Shown: positions 8,593-18,340 of the stretch, in pieces
Numbering within the stretch: position 1 is the stretch's first letter
Layout of the letters: each line of letters starts with the position of its first letter
Virus record (IMG/VR): IMGVR_UViG_3300022923_000017
Location: 1-59,112 of that record
DNA length: 59,112 nt
From: a virus
Taxonomy: Duplodnaviria; Caudoviricetes
Direction: 5' to 3' (one strand)
Translations under genes and position numbers: made by a program
The notes under the pieces: model-generated
Told to the model about the DNA's origin: nothing
What the model saw: the letters and a program-made list of their open reading frames with translations, nothing else
The model's database searches: none

Positions 8593-10313
8593 TGTTACTC
8601 TTTGAATCTATATCATATAAAAACTTCCTATCAACTGGCGATAAGCCAACAGTCATTGAGTTGAATAAGGATAGTGCCACTCTAGTAGTAGGTGCAAATG
8701 GTGCTGGCAAATCTACAATGCTTGATGCTATCTCGTATGCTTTGTTTGGAAAACCACACCGAAACATTAATCGGCCGCAGTTAGTCAACAGCATTAATAA
8801 TAAGCAGTTGCTAGTAGAAGTTAAGTTCTCTCTTGGTTCAAACAGGTATCGTGTAATTCGTGGTATGAAGCCAAACATCTTTGAGATCTATCATAACGAT
8901 GTGATGCTCAATCAAGAGTCTCACTCACGTGATTATCAGAAGGTGCTAGAGATGAACATTCTCAAACTGAACCATCGATCGTTTCACCAAGTAGTTGTAT
9001 TAGGATCGGGAAACTTCATTCCCTTTATGCAGCTTCCATCGTATCAACGTCGTAGTGTGATCGAAGATCTATTAGACATTGGCATCTTTACAAAAATGAA
9101 TATGCTCACTAAAGAGCGTTTCTCTAAACTAAAGAGTGATCTTCTCGATACTGATAATCAATTGAATATCATTAAAGAACAGATCACATTACAATCTAAA
9201 CATATTAGTGATCTTCAGAATATTGATATCCAACGTTCAACAAAGGCGTCGAAGAAGATCGATTCTCTCCAGTCGGAGATCGAACTACTTGAAAAACGTA
9301 ATGCATCGTTGAATGATAGTTATACAGAACAACTTCGTCCACTGATATCTAAACTAGAGAAGGCTCAATCTAAACTAGATAAGCTGACAGAGTATAAGAT
9401 CCAAATCAATTCAAAGATTAGCGATGTTGTAAAGCACGCAAGATTTTATGAAACAAATAACTCATGCCCAACATGTGAGCAGAATATATCATCAGAGCTA
9501 AAAGAGCATAAACACGCTGAAGCTGCTGTCACAGCGAAAGATCTAAGTAAAGGACTAAAGGAATTAGATATCAATATCGCAGATGCCTCAGAAAAGCTTA
9601 GTGTTATTCGAGCTAATCATTCTGAAGTACAAAGCATACAATCTGATATTAGTTCGAATCAAAGGCTCATAGGCAATCTACAAGTACAAATCACCGATCT
9701 TCAAAAGGAGAACGATATAACAGACGAGCTTACTGATACTGCTGCAGCTGCTCTTGAACTTGATACTCGAAAGACACACTATAGCGATACACTTGATAGT
9801 AAGTCTAAACATCTCGAGACTCGTTCATATTACGATGCTATTGGTGAACTGTTAAAAGATACTGGAATTAAGACTAAGATCATTCGTCAGTATCTTCCGA
9901 TAATGAATAATCTAATCAATAAGTATCTCAACATTCTTGACTTCTTCGTAAAGTTTGATTTAGACGAGTCATTTAACGAAACGATTAGATCTCGCCACCG
10001 TGATGAGTTTAGTTATGCTTCTTTCTCAGAAGGTGAAAAGTCGCGAATCGATTTGGCATTACTCTTTGCATGGAGACATATTGCTAAACTAAAGAATTCT
10101 ACTAACACGAATCTCTTGATTCTTGATGAAACATTCGACTCGTCTCTCGATGTCGATGGAGTAGACAACCTCCTTAAGATTCTATATAGCCTTAAGAAAG
10201 ACTCAAATGTCTTTATCATATCTCACAAGAAGGATGTTCTCGATGGAAAGTTCCCTCGTAAGATCGAATTCGAGAAGGTAAACAACTTCAGCCAAGTCAA
10301 GAAAGATGGATAA
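8592..10313 (+). CDS. gp46: Rad50/SbcC-like recombination ATPase
   Basis: GANGAGKS, CPTC zinc hook, FSEGEK signature, LILDE. Confidence 0.95.
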   Translation: MLLFESISYKNFLSTGDKPTVIELNKDSATLVVGANGAGKSTMLDAISYALFGKPHRNINRPQLVNSINNKQLLVEVKFSLGSNRYRVIRGMKPNIFEIYHNDVMLNQESHSRDYQKVLEMNILKLNHRSFHQVVVLGSGNFIPFMQLPSYQRRSVIEDLLDIGIFTKMNMLTKERFSKLKSDLLDTDNQLNIIKEQITLQSKHISDLQNIDIQRSTKASKKIDSLQSEIELLEKRNASLNDSYTEQLRPLISKLEKAQSKLDKLTEYKIQINSKISDVVKHARFYETNNSCPTCEQNISSELKEHKHAEAAVTAKDLSKGLKELDINIADASEKLSVIRANHSEVQSIQSDISSNQRLIGNLQVQITDLQKENDITDELTDTAAAALELDTRKTHYSDTLDSKSKHLETRSYYDAIGELLKDTGIKTKIIRQYLPIMNNLINKYLNILDFFVKFDLDESFNETIRSRHRDEFSYASFSEGEKSRIDLALLFAWRHIAKLKNSTNTNLLILDETFDSSLDVDGVDNLLKILYSLKKDSNVFIISHKKDVLDGKFPRKIEFEKVNNFSQVKKDG

Positions 10314-10521
10314 CTACAAAAAAGATGTTGCTAATAATATAATTGCGCTCGCGAGCACGCGCGCGAAAGATGATCCACAGCAGTTAGATAGCCAGATCTT
10401 CGAATCCTATTTCAAGAAAACCCTCGCGCCAGCGTTTAAAGCCGAATATGGCTTCAATGTAAGGTATGGTACCTTTGATTCTATCATTCTCCAGGCGTCA
10501 AGGGCTCTAGATTTGCCCTAA
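10306..10521 (+). CDS. hypothetical protein
   Basis: 71-aa ORF overlapping gp46 stop. Confidence 0.45.
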   Translation: MDNYKKDVANNIIALASTRAKDDPQQLDSQIFESYFKKTLAPAFKAEYGFNVRYGTFDSIILQASRALDLP

Positions 10522-10639
10522 TTTTACAATTTTTGCACGGTCTACAGGTCAAAGTGCATAAGTGATTGATATTCAGGTATATAGATTTGTGTACATATGT
10601 GCTCAAATATAGTATAATAGATCTAGAATCAAATAAGTT
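10522..10639 (+). repeat. ~120-bp promoter cassette, copy 1 of 5
   Basis: CAATTTT...CATAAGTGATTGATATTCAG...TGTACA(10590)-17-TATAAT(10613). Confidence 0.7.
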
Positions 10640-12886
10640 ATGGAAAAAATACTCGACCTTCAGAACCAGTCCTCCTTGGCCAAGCTATTGGCTACTGAGA
10701 ACATTACTGTCACTCACAGCAAGTCCTTATCAACCGCATACTTCGACGTTAAGAATCGTGTGCTTGGCCTTCCAGTTTGGAAAGACAAAGGTAAGGTTGT
10801 ATATGACATGCTTGTAGGCCACGAAGTTTCACATGCTCTTTATACAGACCACGTAGAATTTGAAAAGTTCATTGCTGTAGAAGGTCGTGGCAATTTCGAT
10901 ATTCTAAACATCATCGAAGACATTCGTATCGAGCGTCTAATCAAGATGAAATATGCTGGTATGCCTCGTATTTTCAATGGTGCATATAAGCAACTTGTTG
11001 AAGCCGACTTCTTCGGCACCGCTGATAAGGATATTGCAGCACTATCATTCTTAGATCGCTTAAATCTTCGTGCTAAAGTCGGACCATTTGTTGATGTTCC
11101 TCTTAACGCTATTGAGGAAGACATTTTTAATCGCTGCCTTCAAGCCGAAACCTTTGACGATGTTGTTAAGCTCTATCACGAAGTGAAGAAGTTCATGAAT
11201 GATCAGAAGAAAGAGGAACAACCTCAAGACGAAGACGAGCAATCAACTGAAGAAGAACAATCTAAAGGTGATAGCGACGAAACTACTGAAGACGCTCCAA
11301 TGGACGAGTCACCAAACGAGTCCTCAGACGACTTTGGCGCTGATAATGTTGAAGACGATGGCGAAGAATCTTTTACTCAAGATGTTATCGATGCATTAGA
11401 AGACGATGGCTCTACTGAAGAAACTGAAACAGCACCGTCTAATCAAGAACCTGATTCAGCAGCACCGTCAGCAAGTGAAGGTGCATCTGAGAAATCTGAC
11501 TCAAACGGTGAGGATATCGATCTCACTAATCAATCTGAGACTATGAAGTCTTTTGATGAAAATGCGATTGAAGAACAAGAAACTGATATGTACGGTCGCA
11601 ATCGTACTCCAGCAATTTGTCTATGGCCTACAAAGACCACTGTCGAAAAGCACATCATCCCATATAAGTCGGTGCTTTCACAACGATCAGACACAAGCGG
11701 AGATCCTGAATCGTATGATCAAGAATATTTAGAATTGGTCGCGACTCGCTCAATCGAATTTAAGAAGAATCTTAATAAGAAAGTTGGAGTTCTCGTCCGC
11801 GAGTTCGAACGTCGTAAGGCTTCATACCAATACTCAAGAGCACAAGAATCTCGACGTGGATCTTTGGATGTCAACAACTTGCACAAGTACAAGTACGATG
11901 ATCAAATCTTCCAAACAACGATGAAGTTGGCAGATGCTAAAAGCCACGGAATGATCTTCTTTATTGACTACTCTGGCTCAATGAGTCACGTACTCAGAGA
12001 CGTCCTTGAGCATACACTCAATTTGGTACACTTTTGCAAGAAGGTTGGTATTCCATTCGAAGTCTATTCATTCACTTCTAACTACTCTCTTGACAACAAG
12101 GATGTAGGACAGTCTGAATATGAATTTGATATGAAGAATCTAGTTCTCGCTAACTTGTTCTCGAGCGATATGTCAAAAGCCGAATACAAAATAGCGTTTG
12201 ATCAAGTAGTCAATCAGATCTCCTTCTCAAATGTCGGCTCATTCTCTCAACATGGTCTATCACCGTTCGAGCACCTCGGCGGTACACCATTAGACGCTGC
12301 ACTTATAGCAGCACACCACGTGGTAAAGAAGTTCAACAAAAAGCATGGTGTCCAAAAGACAAATGTGATTTTCCTCACTGATGGTGAATCGCACTCGTGC
12401 TTCCCTGCTAATGTTCGTTATTGCGCACCATCATTTACAACAATTGTTGGAGGAAAGCAATATAGTCTTCCACGAAATGGACAAACACCAGTATTCACCA
12501 AGATGTTAGGCGATATCACTGGAGCAACAACTATTGGATGGTACTTACCCTCACGTAAAGCAACAGCTGTAAAACACCTTCGAGCTATGGCATTCTCATC
12601 TGCAAAAGCACTGCACTACAGCGAAACCACCAGCAAGTGGTTAAAGCAATATGGTAAGGATGGCTTCTTCAATGCACTCAACTGCTTTGGTTATGATTCG
12701 TACTTCCTTCTCAATTCAGATATCAAGATCAAAGATGAGGAGTTCGCCTATAAGCCAAATACTGACAAATCTCTATCTGACAACCGCGGTGAACAATCCA
12801 AGTTAGCTCGTGAATTCGCGAAACACAATATCAAGAATCGCCAAAACCGCATTATCATGACAAAGTTTGCTGAAACAATTGCCTAA
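10640..12886 (+). CDS. CobT-like protein: HExxH domain, acidic linker, vWA domain
   Basis: HEVSH; DYSGSM, GGTP, LTDGE MIDAS motifs; paired with downstream AAA. Confidence 0.85.
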   Translation: MEKILDLQNQSSLAKLLATENITVTHSKSLSTAYFDVKNRVLGLPVWKDKGKVVYDMLVGHEVSHALYTDHVEFEKFIAVEGRGNFDILNIIEDIRIERLIKMKYAGMPRIFNGAYKQLVEADFFGTADKDIAALSFLDRLNLRAKVGPFVDVPLNAIEEDIFNRCLQAETFDDVVKLYHEVKKFMNDQKKEEQPQDEDEQSTEEEQSKGDSDETTEDAPMDESPNESSDDFGADNVEDDGEESFTQDVIDALEDDGSTEETETAPSNQEPDSAAPSASEGASEKSDSNGEDIDLTNQSETMKSFDENAIEEQETDMYGRNRTPAICLWPTKTTVEKHIIPYKSVLSQRSDTSGDPESYDQEYLELVATRSIEFKKNLNKKVGVLVREFERRKASYQYSRAQESRRGSLDVNNLHKYKYDDQIFQTTMKLADAKSHGMIFFIDYSGSMSHVLRDVLEHTLNLVHFCKKVGIPFEVYSFTSNYSLDNKDVGQSEYEFDMKNLVLANLFSSDMSKAEYKIAFDQVVNQISFSNVGSFSQHGLSPFEHLGGTPLDAALIAAHHVVKKFNKKHGVQKTNVIFLTDGESHSCFPANVRYCAPSFTTIVGGKQYSLPRNGQTPVFTKMLGDITGATTIGWYLPSRKATAVKHLRAMAFSSAKALHYSETTSKWLKQYGKDGFFNALNCFGYDSYFLLNSDIKIKDEEFAYKPNTDKSLSDNRGEQSKLAREFAKHNIKNRQNRIIMTKFAETIA

Positions 12887-13009
12887 TTTCTCAATTTTCG
12901 AGCAGCCTTTATATCAAATTACACAAGTTACTGATAGCCAAGAACATAAAACCATTTACAATATACCTCAAATATGGTATAATAGATCTATAACCAACCA
13001 CTAAAGATT
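12887..13009 (+). repeat. promoter cassette copy 2
   Basis: CAATTTT...CACAAGTTACTGATAGCCAA...TTTACA(12955)-17-TATAAT(12978)...ACCAACCA. Confidence 0.7.
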
Positions 13010-14155
13010 ATGACAAAAGAAAAACTCACAGAAACGCTCAAGGGGACCGGTAAGACCTCTTTTACTCGCCAAGAAATCCTCACCATCGGCCAAAATGCTG
13101 GCATGGAAGACAGGGATATTTTTAAAGCACTAAATACGCTCCATCGTGTAAAACGCGGTGTATACTCAGTTGACGCTGTTCCAATCCAAGCTCCAATCCA
13201 AGCTCCAATCGCGAGCAGCATCATTGAGAACAAAGTAGCTCTACGCGGCGTATCATCTGTCTCAAGTGACGAGGTGTATGTACCTACAGTAGATCCTACA
13301 TACATCAAGTGGGGAGAGTATAACGACATCATGAAGATTATCAAGTCTGGCATGTTCTTTCCAACATATATTTCTGGCCTCTCAGGCAACGGCAAAACCA
13401 TGATGGTTGAACAAGCCTGTGCGAAAGCCAAACGCGAATTCGTACGAGTTCAAATCTCTCCAGAAACTGATGAGGACGACCTAATTGGTGGCTTCCGCCT
13501 TATTGATGGAGAAACCGTTTTCCAAAAAGGTCCAGTCGTAAAGGCAATGGAACGAGGTTGCATCCTCTTGATTGACGAGATCGATCGTTCCACCAACAAG
13601 ATCATGTGTCTTCAGGGTGTGCTCGAAGGCAATCCAATTCTCCTTAAGAAAACTGGAGAAGTGGTTCGACCTGCTGATGGATTCAACGTCATTGCAACCG
13701 CGAATACTAAAGGTCGTGGATCAGACGATGGTCGATTCACTGCAGCATCTATTATCGATGATGCATTCCTCGAACGATTCGTGTGTGTAGTTGATCAGCC
13801 ATTCCCTCAGCCAACAATTGAGAAGAAGATTGTTTCAGCTCACATGTCAAAATTCGGTGTCGAAGACGAGGAATTCACCGATAAGCTAATCGCGTGGTCG
13901 AATGTAATTCGCAAAACGTTTGAGGCTGATGGTGTCGATGAAGTAATTTCCACCCGCCGTTTATGCCACATCTCAAAGTGCTACTCGATCTTCGAAGATC
14001 GAATGAAGTCAATCAACAAGTGCATCAGCCGCTTCGACGACGAAACGCGAACAGCGTTCTTAGATCTCTATACCAAGATTGACGAGAGCCAACTCACTGA
14101 AGACGGAGAGATCGTGATCGAGGGCGAAATTATACCAGAAGACGCACCATTTTAA
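13010..14155 (+). CDS. MoxR/CobS-like AAA+ ATPase
   Basis: GLSGNGKT, DEDDLIGG, LLIDEID, ATANTKG, ISTRRL. Confidence 0.9.
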   Translation: MTKEKLTETLKGTGKTSFTRQEILTIGQNAGMEDRDIFKALNTLHRVKRGVYSVDAVPIQAPIQAPIASSIIENKVALRGVSSVSSDEVYVPTVDPTYIKWGEYNDIMKIIKSGMFFPTYISGLSGNGKTMMVEQACAKAKREFVRVQISPETDEDDLIGGFRLIDGETVFQKGPVVKAMERGCILLIDEIDRSTNKIMCLQGVLEGNPILLKKTGEVVRPADGFNVIATANTKGRGSDDGRFTAASIIDDAFLERFVCVVDQPFPQPTIEKKIVSAHMSKFGVEDEEFTDKLIAWSNVIRKTFEADGVDEVISTRRLCHISKCYSIFEDRMKSINKCISRFDDETRTAFLDLYTKIDESQLTEDGEIVIEGEIIPEDAPF

Positions 14156-14236
14156 CAATTTGCGGTGGAGATCGCATGTCATAACGAACAAAGTCCTATC
14201 TCTTCGTGGTTGGAGAGATAGGCACCATTTTAAAAT

Positions 14237-14539
14237 ATGAGCAACGGAATAAAATACGACAACAACAAACCAGACTATAGTCTAATACCTCCACGCGCGC
14301 TTGACGATGTCGCGAATGTACTAACCTATGGAGCACAAAAGTACGATAGAAACAATTGGCTCGAACTCGATAATCTCAATGAACGGTATTTTGCTGCAGC
14401 TCAACGACACATGTGGGCTATTCAAAGAGGAGAAACACACGACGATGAGACAGGCATTCATCACTCAGCACATGCTATTTGTTGTATGATGTTCATTCTT
14501 GAATTTAGTTATTTACAAAACACCAAAAATAAGATATAA
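14237..14539 (+). CDS. dATP/dGTP diphosphohydrolase-like domain protein (DUF5664-like)
   Basis: GIKYDNNKPDYSLIP, VLTYGAQKY..NNW, RH, ETGIHHSAHA. Confidence 0.8.
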   Translation: MSNGIKYDNNKPDYSLIPPRALDDVANVLTYGAQKYDRNNWLELDNLNERYFAAAQRHMWAIQRGETHDDETGIHHSAHAICCMMFILEFSYLQNTKNKI

Positions 14540-14540
14540 T
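14512..14540 (+). promoter_or_regulatory. early-type promoter for gp45
   Basis: TTTACA-17-TATAAT, ATG 7 nt downstream. Confidence 0.75.
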
Positions 14541-14547
14541 ATATATT

Positions 14548-15222
14548 ATGAAAATTAGTAAAGAAACGTTAGAGGTGCTGAAGAACTTTTCGGCAATTAA
14601 CCCGAATCTTGTTATCTGCGAAGGTAGCAAGCTATCAACAATCGCTGACGCCAACAACATCATGGCTGCAGTGAATGTTTCAGAAACCTTTCCGAAGAAG
14701 GTTGGCATCTATGATTTGAATGAATTCCTCTCAGCACTCTCGTTGATTGAAGATCCAGAATTCGAATTCGGAGATAGTGCTGTTAGCATTAAATCAAACA
14801 ATGCAACGCTCACATATCGATATGCTGACACTAGCATTTTGACTTCTCCAGAAAAGGAAGTGAATATGCCACCAACAGATGTCGAAGTCAATCTCACAGC
14901 AGACGACATCGCACAAATCCGTCGAGCAGGTAGTGCACTGAATCATCCAGTTGTATCAATCACAACTGAACATGGAGACGACGCCGTATATCTACAAGTA
15001 AAGGATCCTAACAACTCATCAGCTAATGTCTATTCGCATAAAGTGTGTAGCGCTAGTTCTGATGATGCATACGATTATCAATTCCTTATTGCCAACCTTA
15101 AGCTTATTCCAGGCGATTATAAAGTAGCAGTAAGTTCTAAACTAATTTCGAACTGGGAGTGTATAAATAACACTTCAGTGAAATATTGGATCGCTCTCGA
15201 AAAGACATCCACAACCAAATAA
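14548..15222 (+). CDS. gp45: sliding clamp
   Basis: MKISKETLEVLKNFSAIN, GIYDLNEFL, YWIALE. Confidence 0.95.
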   Translation: MKISKETLEVLKNFSAINPNLVICEGSKLSTIADANNIMAAVNVSETFPKKVGIYDLNEFLSALSLIEDPEFEFGDSAVSIKSNNATLTYRYADTSILTSPEKEVNMPPTDVEVNLTADDIAQIRRAGSALNHPVVSITTEHGDDAVYLQVKDPNNSSANVYSHKVCSASSDDAYDYQFLIANLKLIPGDYKVAVSSKLISNWECINNTSVKYWIALEKTSTTK

Positions 15223-15233
15223 TAATATCATAT

Positions 15234-15485
15234 ATGAGTGAAGAAACAACCACAGAGGAGCAAGTTCTCCCAGAAACACAAAATGAACCAGCAATCAGTC
15301 TAGCTGATTTTGCAGCTATGCTTCAAGTAATTGATGTATGCACAACTCGCGGAGGATTTCGCGGCGAAGAATTGTCGTCGGTAGGTCAACTTCGAGATCG
15401 TGTATCCGCATTCCTTGAATTCCATAAACCAGAAGAAGCGGCTGAAGAAGAAGCACCAGCTGACTCTGATGAGGCTGAAGCATAA
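15234..15485 (+). CDS. conserved small acidic protein
   Basis: IDVCTTRGGFRGEELSSVG core; start placed at ATG 15234. Confidence 0.6.
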   Translation: MSEETTTEEQVLPETQNEPAISLADFAAMLQVIDVCTTRGGFRGEELSSVGQLRDRVSAFLEFHKPEEAAEEEAPADSDEAEA

Positions 15486-15506
15486 TACGCTATAGGTTAT
15501 TAATAC

Positions 15507-15541
15507 AAGATCCCTCTGTCTTAATTACAGAGGGATCTTTT
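15507..15541 (+). terminator. rho-independent terminator
   Basis: AAGATCCCTCTGT-loop-ACAGAGGGATCTT followed by TT. Confidence 0.8.
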
Positions 15542-15558
15542 AGCGTAGTACAAAAGGG

Positions 15559-15587
15559 TTTACTTACTTACATACATTTGGTATAAT
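15559..15587 (+). promoter_or_regulatory. early-type promoter for gp44
   Basis: TTTACT-17-TATAAT, ATG 5 nt downstream. Confidence 0.75.
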
Positions 15588-15592
15588 ATATT

Positions 15593-16543
15593 ATGAATAA
15601 AAATGAAAACGAATTTCTCTGGGTCGAGCGCCACCGCCCAAAAACAATTGACGAATGTATTCTTCCAGCATCGTTAAAGGCAACATTCACTGATATTGTA
15701 AAGCATGGCGAACTGCATAATATGTTATTGTCAGGAACTGCAGGGTTAGGTAAGACGACTGTCGCACGTGCGCTATGTCATGAATTGGATCTCGAATACT
15801 TACTTATCAATTCATCTGAGGAAAGTGGAATCGATGTTCTTCGTTCTAAGATCAAACAGTTTGCTTCGTCCGTGTCTTTACATGGTGGAAAGTACAAAGT
15901 AGTTATTCTTGACGAAGCTGATTATCTTAACGCGCAGTCAACACAACCAGCACTTCGTGGTTTTATCGAGGAGTTTAGTTCGAATTGCAGATTCATTCTT
16001 ACATGCAATTTCAAGAATCGTATTATCGAACCACTTCATTCTCGTTGTTCTGTAATTGAATTCAACACGAATAAGAAACAGTTAGCTGGTCTCGCTGCGC
16101 TGTTTATGAAACGACTTCAAGATATTCTAAAGACTGAAGGCATTACGTATAACGATAAAGTAATTGCTGAACTTATTATGCGCTATGCTCCAGATTGGAG
16201 ACGTGTATTGAATGAGTGCCAACGATACTCGGCTGCAGGAGAGATCACTCCAGATATTCTAGTTGATATGTCTGATCAAAGCGTTGCTCAACTTATTGCC
16301 CACCTAAAGACTAAAGACTTTAAGAGTATGCGAAATTGGGTTACGAATAATTCGGATGTTGATTCAGCTGTCATATTTAGAAAGATCTATGACTCGTTAT
16401 ATGATTATGCTGAAGGCCAATCGATCCCAAGCATCATCATTATTCTCGCTGACTATCAATATAAAGCAGCATTTGTAAGTGACAGAGAATTGAATATCGT
16501 TGCATGCTTAACTGAAATCATGGCATCATCAACATGGAAATAA
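15593..16543 (+). CDS. gp44: clamp loader large subunit
   Basis: LWVERHRP, GTAGLGKTT, ILDEAD, PLHSRC. Confidence 0.95.
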   Translation: MNKNENEFLWVERHRPKTIDECILPASLKATFTDIVKHGELHNMLLSGTAGLGKTTVARALCHELDLEYLLINSSEESGIDVLRSKIKQFASSVSLHGGKYKVVILDEADYLNAQSTQPALRGFIEEFSSNCRFILTCNFKNRIIEPLHSRCSVIEFNTNKKQLAGLAALFMKRLQDILKTEGITYNDKVIAELIMRYAPDWRRVLNECQRYSAAGEITPDILVDMSDQSVAQLIAHLKTKDFKSMRNWVTNNSDVDSAVIFRKIYDSLYDYAEGQSIPSIIIILADYQYKAAFVSDRELNIVACLTEIMASSTWK

Positions 16544-16704
16544 CAACAAAAATAATCGCTTGGCGCATATTGTCGATTGTACTATGCTCGCTTATGGGTA
16601 GAATTTGGTTTGGTGATTGGCACGTTACAGCGTTCGGTATTTTTATTTCGTTTGTTATGACATTCGTTCACTATTACTTTGAAAAACTATGGCCGACAAA
16701 CTAA
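16534..16704 (+). CDS. small membrane protein, DUF2061-like (absent from ORF track)
   Basis: Manual translation MEITTKIIAWRILSIVLCSLMGRIWFGDWHVTAFGIFISFVMTFVHYYFEKLWPTN; overlaps gp44 stop and gp62 start. Confidence 0.6.
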   Translation: MEITTKIIAWRILSIVLCSLMGRIWFGDWHVTAFGIFISFVMTFVHYYFEKLWPTN

Positions 16705-17114
16705 CACCATTTGACTTTCTAAAGAGTATCAACACTTCTAGCCCAAGCCTTCTAAAGGATTGTAAAGCTGATGATAGCGAAGTTGCGTTAAGTGTCGATT
16801 CTCCATGTAAGCAGTATGTGCCATTTATTGTAAACCGTGGGCTGTCGCAGTTCAATGATACTATTCTATTCGCGAATGAAATGAATATGCGGCATAGTCT
16901 TCCTGCGAAAATGCAATACGATTTTCTAAGGACTACCATCCGCCCTCGCAAACGCTTTACAAAATGGGCAAAGAAAGCAAAAGATCCTGCTGACATTAAA
17001 CTAATTCAAGAAGCGTATAACTATTCTTATGAGAAAGCTGAACAGGTCTATAGTTTGTTTACTCCAACTGCATTAAAGAAACTAAGAAGCTCTTTAGATA
17101 AAGGAGGAATGTAG
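16689..17114 (+). CDS. gp62: clamp loader small subunit
   Basis: PFDFLKSIN, YVPFIVNRGLS, ANEMN, QYDFL, YNYSYEKA. Confidence 0.92.
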   Translation: MADKLTPFDFLKSINTSSPSLLKDCKADDSEVALSVDSPCKQYVPFIVNRGLSQFNDTILFANEMNMRHSLPAKMQYDFLRTTIRPRKRFTKWAKKAKDPADIKLIQEAYNYSYEKAEQVYSLFTPTALKKLRSSLDKGGM

Positions 17115-17132
17115 AGTCAAAATCTGTAATGT

Positions 17133-17140
17133 TATAAATA
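17133..17140 (+). promoter_or_regulatory. late promoter upstream of regA
   Basis: TATAAATA in intergenic gap. Confidence 0.65.
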
Positions 17141-17174
17141 CTATCTTTACGATGTAACTTATAATATTGCAACT

Positions 17175-17597
17175 ATGATTGAACAAGAACTGGTTTCCTG
17201 GACTCCGGCCGACATGTTAGAGATATCTCTCGACGAGCCTGATGACTTCCTTAAAATTAAAGAAACACTGACGCGAATCGGTATCTCTTCGAAGAAAGAG
17301 CACAACACACTATATCAGAGTTGTCATATACTTCATAAACAAGGAAGGTATTTCATTGTTCACTTTAAGGAGTTATTCATGTTAGATGGAAAGCCTTCAA
17401 ACTTTACTCTAGACGATGTAGCTCGCCGCAATTCAATCACTACTCTATTATCTGATTGGGGACTTCTGACTATTGTCGATCTGAGCAAGGCTGAAGAAAA
17501 GACAACTCTTCGACATATCAAGATCATTTCTCATCGCGACAAACGTGAGTGGCAGTTAGAATCAAAATATTCTATTGGAAACGTTAGGAGTTCATAG
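17175..17597 (+). CDS. regA: translational repressor RegA
   Basis: DDFLKIKETLTRIGI, LYQSCHILHKQGRYFIVHFKELF. Confidence 0.96.
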   Translation: MIEQELVSWTPADMLEISLDEPDDFLKIKETLTRIGISSKKEHNTLYQSCHILHKQGRYFIVHFKELFMLDGKPSNFTLDDVARRNSITTLLSDWGLLTIVDLSKAEEKTTLRHIKIISHRDKREWQLESKYSIGNVRSS

Positions 17598-17984
17598 ATG
17601 AAAGCGTATTTCAAGACAGATCTAGAAGCAACAATTTCAGGTTACTTTAATGGTAACAAATTCATTCGTACAGTTACGCTATTAGAAGATTTGGTATTCT
17701 ATACAAAGTCAGGTGATTCTATCACTGTTCCTAAGGGGTTTGAGAGTGATGGAGCGAGTGTGCCTAAGGTATTCTGGTCAGCCTTTCCACCATTTGACAC
17801 ATATCTACCTGCAGCGGTCGTACACGATATTCTATGTGTACAAGGTCATAGCGATAAGTGTTTATATACCTCTAGAGAAGCAGCTGATATTTTCTATGAA
17901 GCAATGCGGGCATGTGGAGTTGGAAGAACTAAAGCAAAAATGATGTGCTATGCAGTGCGTTACTTCGGACCTAAATGGAAATAA
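17598..17984 (+). CDS. DUF1353-like protein
   Basis: VPKGFESDGASVP, AAVVHDILC, ADIFYEAM. Confidence 0.8.
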   Translation: MKAYFKTDLEATISGYFNGNKFIRTVTLLEDLVFYTKSGDSITVPKGFESDGASVPKVFWSAFPPFDTYLPAAVVHDILCVQGHSDKCLYTSREAADIFYEAMRACGVGRTKAKMMCYAVRYFGPKWK

Positions 17985-18008
17985 ACTAAATCTGTAATTT
18001 CAATTCGA

Positions 18009-18016
18009 TATAAATA
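18009..18016 (+). promoter_or_regulatory. late promoter
   Basis: TATAAATA upstream of 18027. Confidence 0.7.
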
Positions 18017-18026
18017 ACATATATAC

Positions 18027-18335
18027 ATGGCTTGGCAAAATATACCTAATAATCCATACTGGCAATATGACGACGCTCCACTTGACCCAGGTGGGGCAGA
18101 AACTGCGCTGTGGGCGACTAGCACAAATGGTATTCGGCTGAACGTTAGAGGTGAGGAAATCTATGTTAATTGTAGACATACACTTCTACACCCAACACAA
18201 GATTCTTTTCCGAATGAAATAAATAAAACATTTTGGGCAGCTGACGCATATCCGAATTTAGATAATTACATTCAACCAGATGGAGTATCTATATATCATA
18301 GACCAGACACAACATCAATATACATTAAACCATAA
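18027..18335 (+). CDS. hypothetical late protein
   Basis: ORF under late promoter. Confidence 0.55.
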   Translation: MAWQNIPNNPYWQYDDAPLDPGGAETALWATSTNGIRLNVRGEEIYVNCRHTLLHPTQDSFPNEINKTFWAADAYPNLDNYIQPDGVSIYHRPDTTSIYIKP

Positions 18336-18340
18336 TAATT

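Noticed and set aside
13010-14155. Cobalamin biosynthesis (cobS/cobT) as an auxiliary metabolic pathway
   Set aside because: Generic MoxR AAA plus vWA pair; no cobN or other cob genes in the window
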